From assembly GCA_965204735.1 (NCBI GenBank), contig OZ242008.1, forward strand, positions 2,880,001 to 2,944,000: 64,000 nucleotides of DNA, written 5' to 3'. The position numbers were made by a program, and so were the translations under genes. Below, in pieces: positions 48,026-57,462 of the stretch. The DNA is from Longimicrobiales bacterium (lineage in GTDB: Bacteria; Gemmatimonadota; Gemmatimonadetes; Longimicrobiales; Gaopeijiaceae). Every line of letters begins with the position of its first letter. The first letter of the stretch is position 1. Under the pieces are notes generated by a model. It was given only the letters and a program-made list of their open reading frames with translations. It was not told the DNA's origin and searched no databases.

Positions 48026-48193
48026 GGCCGCGCCTCCTTGCCCGGCGGGTTCCTGTTGGGGGACGAACTCCATTTGCACGGGCCGGTCGCGAGGCCGGCC
48101 AGCGGGTTGCGGCAATGTCGCACCGCCGGTCGGCGGGCGTCAATTGGCGGAGGTCGGTCGGAGTCGGCCTGTCGGGTTCCTCGGGAAGGCCGT

Positions 48194-49102
48194 TCAGCGG
48201 CGCCGGAACCCTCGCGACTCCCGCAGACGCTCCGCTCGACGCCACAGCTCGGGGCGTCCCATCGCCGCGGCCAGCTCCTGGAACTCGGGCAACGCCCCTC
48301 GCCACTCCAGCTCGTCCACATCTTGGAAGAGCGGCGAGCCGTCCTTGCCGGCCGCGTCGTCCCGGAGCGTCGCCAGATCGCGGAAGAGGTGGGCCGCTTC
48401 GCGCCCGTTCCGCAGCGCGCTCGCAAGCCGCTCGGCGCCTCGAACCCTTACGTCCCATGCGCCGGCGTCGGCCGGGATGCGCTCCAGGCTGGCGTAGCGG
48501 TGCAGCACCGTCGCCGCCGACTTGGCGCCCCATCCGGGCAGACCGGGGAAGCCGTCGGCACTGTCGCCCACGAGCGCCAGGTAGTCGGGGATGCTCGCCG
48601 GAGCCACGCCAAAGCGCGCCAAGACCGCGTCCTCGTTCCGCACTTCTTGCCGGCGCCGGTCCCACTGAACGATGCGGTCGGCCGAGACGCACTGGGCCAA
48701 GTCCTTGTCGGGCGTGCAGAGGTAGACGGTCTCGACGCGAGTGTCGCGGACGGCCAGCGCCGCCCCCGTCGCCAGCCCGTCGTCGGCCTCCAGCTCTGTC
48801 ATGGGCCACACGGTCGCGCCCAGTGCCCGGAGCCCTTCTTCCAGCGGGTGGAACTGGGCGAGCAGGGCGGGATCAATGCCGTCCCCGGTCTTGTAGCCGG
48901 GCCAAAGCTCGTTGCGGAAGGACTCGATGACGTGGTCAGTGGCCACCGCCAGATGGGTGGCGGCCCGCTCCAGCAGCGTCAGGACCGAGCCCACCACGCT
49001 GCGAACGGCGCCCACCGGCCGACCGGCCGAGTCCATCGCCTTCGGCGCACCGAAGTGATGGCGGAAGAGCTCGTAGGTGCCGTCGATCAGGTGAACGTTC
49101 AA
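48194..49102 (-). CDS. Stand-alone 5'-3' exonuclease / flap endonuclease
   Basis: HLIDGTYELFR, SFRNELWPGYK, EADDGLAT, DKDLAQ, DYLALVGDSADGFPGLPGWGAKSA (H3TH). Confidence 0.92.
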   Translation of the reverse strand: MNVHLIDGTYELFRHHFGAPKAMDSAGRPVGAVRSVVGSVLTLLERAATHLAVATDHVIESFRNELWPGYKTGDGIDPALLAQFHPLEEGLRALGATVWPMTELEADDGLATGAALAVRDTRVETVYLCTPDKDLAQCVSADRIVQWDRRRQEVRNEDAVLARFGVAPASIPDYLALVGDSADGFPGLPGWGAKSAATVLHRYASLERIPADAGAWDVRVRGAERLASALRNGREAAHLFRDLATLRDDAAGKDGSPLFQDVDELEWRGALPEFQELAAAMGRPELWRRAERLRESRGFRRR

Positions 49103-49118
49103 CGGAGCGCCTTCGGGG

Positions 49119-51662
49119 TCAACTCCCGGCGTCCAGTCCAGCAAGCGCCGCTGGAAACTCCGCCTCTTCGAAGACCAGCCGGAACGTCCCCCGAGCCGGA
49201 CCGTCGCGCACGACCATTCGCCCGCAGTTGAAGGCGCCCTCCAGGGTGTCCAGCACCCGTCGCTTGTATTCGGTGTCCGGGTTGTCGCGCAGGTGGCGGC
49301 CCTTGGTCTCGAAGACGAGAATGTGGGCAGGATCGCCCGCTCGGCTCGCCATGGCCACGAAGTCGGGCCAGATCCGGTCCTTCTTCCACCCACGCAAGTA
49401 GTATCCGTCTTGCTGGCGGGTGGCGACCCGGTGCCACCACTCCAAGGCCCGCTGCTCGTCCAGGTAGCGCGCGAAGTTGCGCTCCAGGTCGCTGTCGAAG
49501 TGGCTCTCGTAGATGGGCTCGAACAGGCTCATCTGAATTGCTCGGCCGTCGTTGCGGGCCAGAATGCCGCTGTTGTCCTTGTCAAGGGCGATTTCATAGC
49601 TGTCCACCATGCGAAAGTTCGGCTTCTCGGCCTCCAGGTCGAACCGGATGCGGCCACGGCGAAGCTTGTCGCGGAAGACGCTCTCCGCCTGGGCCTCGAC
49701 GGCTTCGGCGATGCTGCTTCTCATGGCAAAGACGATGTGCGAACGGCGGTCGAAGACGGAATCGTCGGCTTCCCCGGACTGGCGCAGCTTCTCGACGACT
49801 CCCTGGGCCATGCGCGCCGCCTGCCACGTGTTCGGCACGATCTCCGCCAGTCGTCTGGCGAACCAGGAGAGCTCGATCGTCTTGTCGACCTCGATCTCCT
49901 GCGGCGCCCGGGGCTGGGTCTGGAGCACCGGCGACAAGTCCCCGATGTCCACGGCGGCCGAGTGGCGCCCGGCCACTTCGGGCGCACTGTCGTCGGGCGG
50001 CGAGACGTCGATGGCGCCCCAGTCGATGAACGGCAGGATGTGCCTCCGGTAGTCCATCTTGCACCAGTCCTCCCGGTCCTTGTGCAGCACCAGGGGCAGG
50101 AACAGATCTTTGCCGCGGAACTGCGCTCGACGCTCCACCGCGACCCGTTGCAGCTCCTCCCCGACGGCGGCGACGTCGTCCGATATTCCCGTCAGGCCCT
50201 CGGCTTCGAGACCTTGCTTGACCTGGGCGACGGCGGCACCCACGCGAACGTTCCAGCAGTACACGTAGCACTGGTCCAGAGCGGCTCGTCCGGTGCGGCG
50301 GGCGTGAGGCTGGCGCATGACGCGGCCCACCAGCTGGGTCACGGCGCGCTGCGCGGTCGTGTTGTCGAGCATGACCAGCACGTAGGCGAAGGGACAGTCC
50401 CAGCCCTCCATCAACGCCGCCTTGGTAATGATCCACCGCACGGAAGAGTACTCGGACAGCAAGTCCACGCCGGCCAGCTCGTCCTGTTCGGCCGACTTGA
50501 CCGCGACTTCGCGGCTTGGAACGCCCAGGTTGTGCACCAGGTACTCGCGCACGTCTTCGGCGTGAATGCGCCCGGCCCCGCGCTGGTCCTTGCCGGTGCG
50601 CTCGACCCTCACTACCGCTATCGGTCGGACGTAACGACCGTCGGTCGTGTGCAGCGCCCGGGCCTCCGCACCCAGCCGCTCGAGTTCTTCGCAGGCCTGC
50701 GCCAGCGTGTGCTGCCACTCGGCGCCTACAAAGGACTCGACGCGCACGGGCAGCTTGATCATCTCCTCGGCCTTCAGCTCCACGCCGGTCACGTCCACAA
50801 GCAAGTTGCTGACGCCGCGGTTGGGCGTGGCCGACAGCTCCACCACCAAGCGCGGGTTCAGCTGGTTGACCGAAGCCACGAACTCGGCGTTCGCTTCCCT
50901 TCTCTTGGCACCGTACGCCTTGTGGGCTTCGTCCAGGACCACGACGGGCCGCAGCAGCTTGAAGGCGTTGAAGAGGCTGTGCTTGACCAGTCCCTCCGCA
51001 CTCTGGTCCAGGTCCGGGTGAGCCTCCAGCAGTCGCGCGTCGCTTCCCAGGTCGTCCCCGTCGGGAAAGAGCGTGGGGTAGCGTCCCGAGTCGCGAAAGA
51101 TGCGAAGGAACTCGCGTCCCTTCTTGCGGTTGGCGGCGGGCAGCATGAGCAGCATCACGCACAGGTAGTTGGCCACGTCCCCCCGGTCGAGCGCCTGGTC
51201 CTTCTCCAACACCTTGACCCTTCCGCCGCTGGCGCGCTCCAACATCTGTCTGTACGGATGCCGCCGGTCCCACAGCGCTTCCTTGGTTTGCCGGTAGATG
51301 GCCTTGGTCGGCGTGATCCAGAGGGCAAGCCCGGTCTGCCGGTTGAGGCGTTCCAGCGCCGAAGCTGCAAGCAAGGTCTTGCCCCCGCCCGTCGGAACCT
51401 TGAGGCAGACGTGGGGAATCGAGCGGCCTGCGCCGTCGGTGCGCGTGACGTACTTGCCGGCTCCGGCTGCAACTTCGCCCGCCCTGGCCAGCTCCTCCCA
51501 AGCAAGCTTCGGATAGTTGCGGACCGCATCGGCCATGGCACCCACGTCGTCGTCTCCAAGGGCCGCAACGAGCTTCTCCGACTTGCGCCGAGCGGCTTCC
51601 AGCGCATCAAGCCAGCGGCCGAAGCGATCCAGGACGCTGGTCTGGTAGCCCTTCAGTTCCAT
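49119..51662 (-). CDS. Type III restriction Res-subunit-like SF2 helicase with C-terminal PD-(D/E)xK nuclease
   Basis: MELKGYQ, KVPTGGGKT, LDEAH, SATP, ALMEGWDCP, QLVGRVMRQP, WPDFV..VFETKG. Confidence 0.88.
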   Translation of the reverse strand: MELKGYQTSVLDRFGRWLDALEAARRKSEKLVAALGDDDVGAMADAVRNYPKLAWEELARAGEVAAGAGKYVTRTDGAGRSIPHVCLKVPTGGGKTLLAASALERLNRQTGLALWITPTKAIYRQTKEALWDRRHPYRQMLERASGGRVKVLEKDQALDRGDVANYLCVMLLMLPAANRKKGREFLRIFRDSGRYPTLFPDGDDLGSDARLLEAHPDLDQSAEGLVKHSLFNAFKLLRPVVVLDEAHKAYGAKRREANAEFVASVNQLNPRLVVELSATPNRGVSNLLVDVTGVELKAEEMIKLPVRVESFVGAEWQHTLAQACEELERLGAEARALHTTDGRYVRPIAVVRVERTGKDQRGAGRIHAEDVREYLVHNLGVPSREVAVKSAEQDELAGVDLLSEYSSVRWIITKAALMEGWDCPFAYVLVMLDNTTAQRAVTQLVGRVMRQPHARRTGRAALDQCYVYCWNVRVGAAVAQVKQGLEAEGLTGISDDVAAVGEELQRVAVERRAQFRGKDLFLPLVLHKDREDWCKMDYRRHILPFIDWGAIDVSPPDDSAPEVAGRHSAAVDIGDLSPVLQTQPRAPQEIEVDKTIELSWFARRLAEIVPNTWQAARMAQGVVEKLRQSGEADDSVFDRRSHIVFAMRSSIAEAVEAQAESVFRDKLRRGRIRFDLEAEKPNFRMVDSYEIALDKDNSGILARNDGRAIQMSLFEPIYESHFDSDLERNFARYLDEQRALEWWHRVATRQQDGYYLRGWKKDRIWPDFVAMASRAGDPAHILVFETKGRHLRDNPDTEYKRRVLDTLEGAFNCGRMVVRDGPARGTFRLVFEEAEFPAALAGLDAGS

Positions 51663-51923
51663 GCCGAAACGCTCTCCTCGTCGTGCCAGGAAGATAGGCC
51701 GGGACCGGCTAGCCATCAACGAGCGGACGCCCGGTCCCTGCACGGCCCGCACGGCCCGCCGAACCGCCTGCCGGGAGCGGACCCGCAGCCGCGCTGCTTC
51801 GCCAAGCCGACCGGCAAGCCCTGGCGCGAGCCGGACCGACGGCTCGATCTTGCCGGGCCGGCCCCGCCGACCCCAGAATTCAGCCACGCGCTTTCTTGCG
51901 ACCCTCGACACGGGAGCACCCCC

Positions 51924-54017
51924 ATGAAGTTCGGACCCGCCGCCGCCCTCGCCGCCCTTGCCGTCCTCGTCACCGCCGCCGCAGCCCCATCCCCCGGCGC
52001 CGCCCAGGAGACGCCCGCCGACGACATGCTCACGGTGGGACACTACCTGGACATGGAGCGGGTGGGGGACCCGCAGATCTCGCCGGACGGGCGCCAAGTC
52101 GTCTACACCAGGTCGTGGGTGGACCAGATGGCGGACCGGTTCGAGTCGGCGGTGTGGATCATGGACGCCGACGGAGGGCGGAACCGCTTCCTGCTGGAAG
52201 GGTCGAGCCCCCGGTGGTCGCCCGACGGCACGCGGGTCGCCTATGTGGCGCCCGGAGAGGAAGGCGGACCCGAGGGCCCCCAGATCTTCGTCCGCTGGAT
52301 GGACGCCGAAGGCGCCACGACCCAGGTCACCCGCGAGGTCGAGGCCCCGTCCAACTTCAAGTGGTCGCCCGACGGCGCGCACATCTACTTCCAGCGCTTC
52401 GTTCCCGAGTCGGAGCCTTGGCCGATCGACCTGCCCGCCGCGCCGGAGGGCGCCGAGTGGACGCCGACGCCCCGGATCGTGGACCGGGTCCACTACCGCT
52501 TCGACCGGATCGGCTTCCTGGAAGAAGGCTTCACGCACCTCTTCCGGGTCCCCAGCGAGGGCGGCACCGCCCGGCAGCTCACCAGCGGCTCGTGGAACGC
52601 GGGCGCCACCTTCGTCTCGGGAGTCGGGAACGTGGGGTACGACATTTCCCCCGACGGCGGCACGCTGATCTTCGACGGACTCATGGAGGACGCGGACAAC
52701 CGCTACCGCGAGTCCCACGTCTACGCCATGGAGCTGGCCACCGGCGCGATCCGGCAGCTCACCACCGAGAAGGGCCCCTGGGGCCGGCCCATGGTGTCGC
52801 CCGACGGCAGCGCGATCGCCTACGCGGGCTACCCGTGGACCTCGCAGACGTACAAGACGACCGACCTGTACATGATGGACGCGGACGGCGGGAACCAGCG
52901 CCTGGTGTCGGGCAGCCTGGACCGGGACGTGGGCGCCGTCCACTGGGCCGCCAACTCCAGCGGCGTGTACTTCACCGCGGGCGACCGGGGAAGCATGAAC
53001 GTGCACTTCGCGACGCCTTCCGGCGAGGTTCGCCAAGTCACCGAGGGCGTGCACATGCTCTCGCTGTCGTCGGCCGCAAGGGACGGGCAGGCCGTGGGAA
53101 CCCTCACCTCGCCCCACGAGCCCGGCGACGTGGTGGCCTACCGGCTGGACGGAGACGGCGACGCGGGCGCGATCCGTCGGCTCACCGACGTGAACGCCGA
53201 CGTGCTGGCCGGGAAGCGGCTGGGCGAAGTAGAGGAGATCTGGTACGAATCGACGGGCGGAACGCAGGTGCAGGGCTGGATCGTGAAGCCGCCCGACTTC
53301 GACGCGAGCCGCGAGTACCCGCTGATCCTGCACATCCACGGCGGTCCCCACGGCATGTACAACGTCGGCTTCAGCTACCCCTACCAGAACTTCGCCGCCA
53401 ACGGATACGTGACCTTGTACACCAACCCCCGGGGCAGCACCGGCTACGGCACCGACTTCGGCAACGCCATCGACAACGGCTACCCGTCGGTGGACTACGA
53501 CGACCTGATGGCGGGCGTGGACGCCCTGCTGGAGCGGGGCTACGTCGCCCGCGACCAGATGTACGTGACCGGATGCAGCGGCGGAGGCGTTCTGTCCAGC
53601 TGGGTGATCGGCCACACGACGCGCTTCGCGGCGGCCGGCGTCCGCTGTCCCGTGATCAACTGGATGAGCTTCGCCGGCAACGCCGACATCACCGTGTGGG
53701 GCTACTACCGCTACCACGGCTACCCCTGGGACAACCCGGACAAGTACTTGGAGCACTCGCCCCTCATGTACGTCCAGAACGTCACCACGCCGACGATCCT
53801 CATGACCGGCGAGCTGGACCTGCGCACGCCGATGGCCCAGACCGAGGAGTACTACCAGGCGCTGAAGCAGCTGGGCGTGCCCACCAAGATGATCCGCTTC
53901 CACGACGAGTACCACGGAACCAGCTCCAAGCCGTCCAACTTCATGCGGACGCAGCTCTACCTGATGAAGTGGTTCGAGGAGCACGGAGGCCGGCCGAAGC
54001 CCGCGACCGACCGCTGA
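51924..54017 (+). CDS. Secreted S9 family peptidase (dipeptidyl/acylaminoacyl peptidase)
   Basis: Signal peptide, WSPDG propeller repeats, IHGGPH, NPRGSTGYG, GCSGGG nucleophile, GELDLR, EYHG. Confidence 0.93.
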   Translation: MKFGPAAALAALAVLVTAAAAPSPGAAQETPADDMLTVGHYLDMERVGDPQISPDGRQVVYTRSWVDQMADRFESAVWIMDADGGRNRFLLEGSSPRWSPDGTRVAYVAPGEEGGPEGPQIFVRWMDAEGATTQVTREVEAPSNFKWSPDGAHIYFQRFVPESEPWPIDLPAAPEGAEWTPTPRIVDRVHYRFDRIGFLEEGFTHLFRVPSEGGTARQLTSGSWNAGATFVSGVGNVGYDISPDGGTLIFDGLMEDADNRYRESHVYAMELATGAIRQLTTEKGPWGRPMVSPDGSAIAYAGYPWTSQTYKTTDLYMMDADGGNQRLVSGSLDRDVGAVHWAANSSGVYFTAGDRGSMNVHFATPSGEVRQVTEGVHMLSLSSAARDGQAVGTLTSPHEPGDVVAYRLDGDGDAGAIRRLTDVNADVLAGKRLGEVEEIWYESTGGTQVQGWIVKPPDFDASREYPLILHIHGGPHGMYNVGFSYPYQNFAANGYVTLYTNPRGSTGYGTDFGNAIDNGYPSVDYDDLMAGVDALLERGYVARDQMYVTGCSGGGVLSSWVIGHTTRFAAAGVRCPVINWMSFAGNADITVWGYYRYHGYPWDNPDKYLEHSPLMYVQNVTTPTILMTGELDLRTPMAQTEEYYQALKQLGVPTKMIRFHDEYHGTSSKPSNFMRTQLYLMKWFEEHGGRPKPATDR

Positions 54018-54053
54018 CCGGGCCCGGGGGCAGCGGCCGCCGAGAACGGTCCG

Positions 54054-55202
54054 CTACGCCGGTCCCTTCCGAGTCTCGTCCAGGATCAGGTCCACCACGG
54101 AGCGCAGCGCCTCGTCCTTGCCGTCGCCCTCCAGGCGGCGAAGGCGGTAGTGGTCGATCTGCCGGTCGGCGCCGCTGCCCTCGCGGACGATCCGGAGGGC
54201 GTGGGACAGCTCCTCCTCGCACTCCAGGGCTTGGGCGTCCTCGGCCAGCTCCTCCACCAGCCGGGCGGCGTGATCCTCCAGGTCGATCCTGCCGCCGCCC
54301 CGGGCGTTGTCGCCCAGGAAGGCCAAGACGCCGTAGCGCTGGGCGATCCAGCGGTCTTCGGCGATGATCTCGGTGGGGGGCTCGGGAGGGAGCGCGCCGT
54401 CCCGGTCCTGGCGAAGGAGCCGCCGCGCGAGGCAGGCGTAGAGAGCCGCGACGCCCACGGCGTCGGCCAGGTGCGTGCACACGTCGCATATCCGCAGCTC
54501 GATCGTCGGGAAGCTGTGGGACGGGCGGATGTCCCACCACAGCTCGCTGCCGTCCTCGATGAACTCCAGCCGCCGGTAGCCTTCGACCAAGTCGTCGTAC
54601 TCCGCCCGCGACCAGAGGGGACCTGGCAGACCGGTGCGCGGCAGGGCGCCGACCAAGTTGAGGCGGAAGGACTTGAAACCCGTCTCGCGGCCCTCGTTGA
54701 AGGGGGAGGAGGCCGAAAGGGCGTGGAGCAGCGGCAGGTAGCGGCGGATCGCCGTCATGACCCGAATCCGCGAGTCCGCGTCGGCAAAGCCGGCATGGAC
54801 GTGCATGCCGCCCACCAGGAAGCGGCGCAGGGACTCCTGGTAGACGATCTCGAAGTCCCGGTAGCGCTCCCGCGGCGTGACGAGCTGGTCGGCCCAGGCG
54901 GCGAATGGATGGGTGGACGCGGCCATCACGGCGGCCCCGTGCTCTTCCGCGGCATCCACGACCACTCGACGGGTCTCGTGCATCGCTTCGGCCAGCTCCG
55001 CCACCGACGCGCACACGCGGGTGTTGGTTTCGACCTGGGACCTGAGGAACTCCGTCGTGACCTTGTGGGGACCGATGCCGCGTTCGCACGCGGCGAAGAT
55101 GCCCGGATGGGGCGCCTTCAAGAGGTCCCGCGTTTCGGGATCGACAAGGAAGAACTCCTCCTCGGCCCCGAGGGTGATGCCAAGGTCCGTCGGACCGTTC
55201 AC
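54054..55202 (-). CDS. Carboxylate-amine ligase (YbdK/GCS2 family)
   Basis: TLGAEEEFFLVD, ASTHPF, GMHVH, ALSASSPF, WWDIRPS..FPTIELRICD. Confidence 0.92.
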   Translation of the reverse strand: MNGPTDLGITLGAEEEFFLVDPETRDLLKAPHPGIFAACERGIGPHKVTTEFLRSQVETNTRVCASVAELAEAMHETRRVVVDAAEEHGAAVMAASTHPFAAWADQLVTPRERYRDFEIVYQESLRRFLVGGMHVHAGFADADSRIRVMTAIRRYLPLLHALSASSPFNEGRETGFKSFRLNLVGALPRTGLPGPLWSRAEYDDLVEGYRRLEFIEDGSELWWDIRPSHSFPTIELRICDVCTHLADAVGVAALYACLARRLLRQDRDGALPPEPPTEIIAEDRWIAQRYGVLAFLGDNARGGGRIDLEDHAARLVEELAEDAQALECEEELSHALRIVREGSGADRQIDHYRLRRLEGDGKDEALRSVVDLILDETRKGPA

Positions 55203-55206
55203 GGGC

Positions 55207-55902
55207 CTACTCGCCCGCCGGGTCCACCAAAGTGGCGGTTGCGATCCGGTCGAGTTCCGGGTGGTTTTCGTCGAGGTACGCGTTTCCCTGCTGCAGCGCG
55301 TTGGGCTGGGACACGCTGTTGCCGTAGCCGGAGTGGAAGCGGTCCACGACCTCGTCCATCCCTTCGACGACCCTGCCGAAGGGGGCGAATCCGTCGGCGT
55401 CCAAGTGGCTGTTGTCCACAAAGTTGATGAAGATCTGAGTGGTGCGGGAGTTGGGCGCGCTGGACTTGGCGAAGGTGACCATCCCCCGAACGTTGGACTC
55501 GACCACGGAGTCGTCCAGGATCACCGCTTCGCGCCATGCCGACGATACGGCCGGATCCCCGTGAAGCCCGAACTGGGCGACGAAGCCCTCGATCACGCGG
55601 AATATCCGCGCATCGTCGTAGTAGCCGTTCTTGACCAGCGTGTAGAACCGGTCGGCGCCGTTCGGCGTCCAGGCGCGGGCCACCTCGACGACGAAGGCTC
55701 CCTTGGTCGTCTCGAAGCGGACGCGGAAGGTGTCGGGCGCGGTCTCGGCAAGTTCCGCCGGGTCCAGGAGGGCCGTCTCGGAGGGCTCTTCGGCGGGGGC
55801 GGCAGCGTCTTCGTCGCCGGCGTCTTCGGCACAGGAGGCCAGGGCGAGGGCCGCAACTGCGGCGAGGACGGAGGGGCGGGCGCGGGTGATCGTCATCTGC
55901 AT
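55207..55902 (-). CDS. Cyclophilin-type peptidyl-prolyl isomerase, lipoprotein
   Basis: Lipobox LASC; FRVIEGFVAQFG, SNVRG, RTTQIFIN, FAPFGRVVEGM. Confidence 0.92.
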   Translation of the reverse strand: MQMTITRARPSVLAAVAALALASCAEDAGDEDAAAPAEEPSETALLDPAELAETAPDTFRVRFETTKGAFVVEVARAWTPNGADRFYTLVKNGYYDDARIFRVIEGFVAQFGLHGDPAVSSAWREAVILDDSVVESNVRGMVTFAKSSAPNSRTTQIFINFVDNSHLDADGFAPFGRVVEGMDEVVDRFHSGYGNSVSQPNALQQGNAYLDENHPELDRIATATLVDPAGE

Positions 55903-55943
55903 CGTCCTTGTGTGCGGGAAAGTTCCCAAAGTATACGTGCGGC

Positions 55944-56612
55944 CTACCCCACTGTCACCCGCACCGTCCCCGCGCCCGCCTCGACAGCCAGGGGCTCCGA
56001 CCGGCCCTCGAGGGCCAGCGTGACCAGATCGCTTTCCGGAGCGGTCTCCTGGACTACGGCCTTGGCGCCGGGCACCAGCCCCACGGACTCGAAGTACCTG
56101 AGCTGCTCCGGGTCCTGGTCGGAGACCGATCGGATCACCACCCGCGTCCCAGGCGCCACCCGATCGAGCCGGCGCCCCTCGAGCGGGGCGACCTCGCCGC
56201 GACGAGTGGGAATCGGCGCCCCGTGGGGATCGGTCGCCGGATTGCCCACGGCCTCGGCCATTCGGTCGATCAGCCGGTCGGAGGCGGCGTGCTCCAGGCG
56301 TTCCGCCTCTTCGTGCACGTCTTCCCATGCGTATCCCAGGCGTTCCACGAGGAACGACTCGATGACGCGGTGGCGACGGAGAACCCGGAGGGCTTCCCGG
56401 ACTCCCGTCGCCGTCAGCCGCACGCCTCGGTAGGGCTCGTGCTCCAGCAGGCCGTCGGCCGCCAAGCGCCGCACCATGCCGCTGACCGACGCGGGCTGGA
56501 CGTCGAGGACGCGGGCCAGCTCGCTCGTGCCGGCGGCTTCTCCCTGCTCGTTCAGGGAGTAGATCACCTTCAAGTAGTCCTCTACGGAGCGCGACAGGCC
56601 GGGGGCGGTCAT
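55944..56612 (-). CDS. DtxR/MntR family metal-dependent repressor with FeoA-like C-terminus
   Basis: SVEDYLKVIY, HRVIESFL, VHEEAERLEH, DPHGAPIP. Confidence 0.93.
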   Translation of the reverse strand: MTAPGLSRSVEDYLKVIYSLNEQGEAAGTSELARVLDVQPASVSGMVRRLAADGLLEHEPYRGVRLTATGVREALRVLRRHRVIESFLVERLGYAWEDVHEEAERLEHAASDRLIDRMAEAVGNPATDPHGAPIPTRRGEVAPLEGRRLDRVAPGTRVVIRSVSDQDPEQLRYFESVGLVPGAKAVVQETAPESDLVTLALEGRSEPLAVEAGAGTVRVTVG

Positions 56613-56682
56613 GACCCCAAGGTAACCCGCCGTGGATCGGGGCGCGTCGCCGCAGGCGGTCGGCCTCGACGTCCCCGGCGAG

Positions 56683-57423
56683 CTACGGCATCCTCAGCGA
56701 CACGTGCAGGTGGTCGGCGGTGCCCACATGGCGGAGGGAGTGGAACCCCAGCGCCCAGAAGCCCAGCTCGACGATCCGGTTCCGCCACTCCGGACGTCCG
56801 TTCGTCCTCAAGTCCAGGGCGTGGACGAATCCGTTTGCCTGGGGGAAGTGAAGGGACGCTTCGTTGGGGGGCAGTCCCATGCGCCGGTAGAAGTCGGAAG
56901 TCCTGCCTGCGTCGGTGATCACGGAGGCCGGGTCGGCGAGGATGACGACGCTGGCCGCCAGTCGGAGGAGCGGGTGGAGCTGCTGGTACTCGCTGCGCAC
57001 CTCCGGCGACTTGGTGTTGGCGCTGCCGACGTGCACCAGCGCGTACACGACGTAGGCCAGCACGACGAACGCCGGCAGGCGGATCATCGCCCCTCGAAGC
57101 CGTCTCCCCGCCCCCGCGCGGCGGCCCGCAAGCCATCCGTACGCCGACATCAGCAGCACCGTGGCGCCCGCCGACGCGAGCAGGGCCGGCCAGCTTTCCC
57201 ATCCCCACTCCTGATAGGCGAAGACGCCGCCTCGGATCAGCAGGAAGAAGGGGGCGATCGCCAGCAGCACAGCCGCCACCACAGCCCTCAGCAGCCGAAA
57301 CGGCAGTGTGCGCAAGGGCTTGCGGCGCTTCTCGCTCTTCCGACCGCGGGGGTCCGCTGCGGCCCGTCCAGGCGGCCCTGCGCCCGTGGACGGGCACCCC
57401 AGATCGATCTTGGTCGCGCTCAC
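56683..57423 (-). CDS. Membrane protein with putative M15-like zinc peptidase C-terminus
   Basis: Three TM segments, then SLH..HALDLR..DHLHVS, resembling the H/D/HxH zinc ligands of M15/LAS enzymes. Confidence 0.55.
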   Translation of the reverse strand: MSATKIDLGCPSTGAGPPGRAAADPRGRKSEKRRKPLRTLPFRLLRAVVAAVLLAIAPFFLLIRGGVFAYQEWGWESWPALLASAGATVLLMSAYGWLAGRRAGAGRRLRGAMIRLPAFVVLAYVVYALVHVGSANTKSPEVRSEYQQLHPLLRLAASVVILADPASVITDAGRTSDFYRRMGLPPNEASLHFPQANGFVHALDLRTNGRPEWRNRIVELGFWALGFHSLRHVGTADHLHVSLRMP

Positions 57424-57462
57424 GGTCCGCGTCCTTTCGTCTTTGGGTGGTGCGGAAAGTCC

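Noticed and set aside
41958..51662. Prophage, IS or integrative element carrying the defence block
   Set aside because: No integrase, transposase, tRNA target or terminal repeats recognised. No rRNA or tRNA genes were recognised anywhere in the window.
49119..54017. Apparent giant overlapping ORFs 49119..53984 (-) and 49293..54017 (+), suggesting fusions
   Set aside because: Each is one real gene (Res from 51662, S9 peptidase from 51924) extended by the antisense frame of the other.
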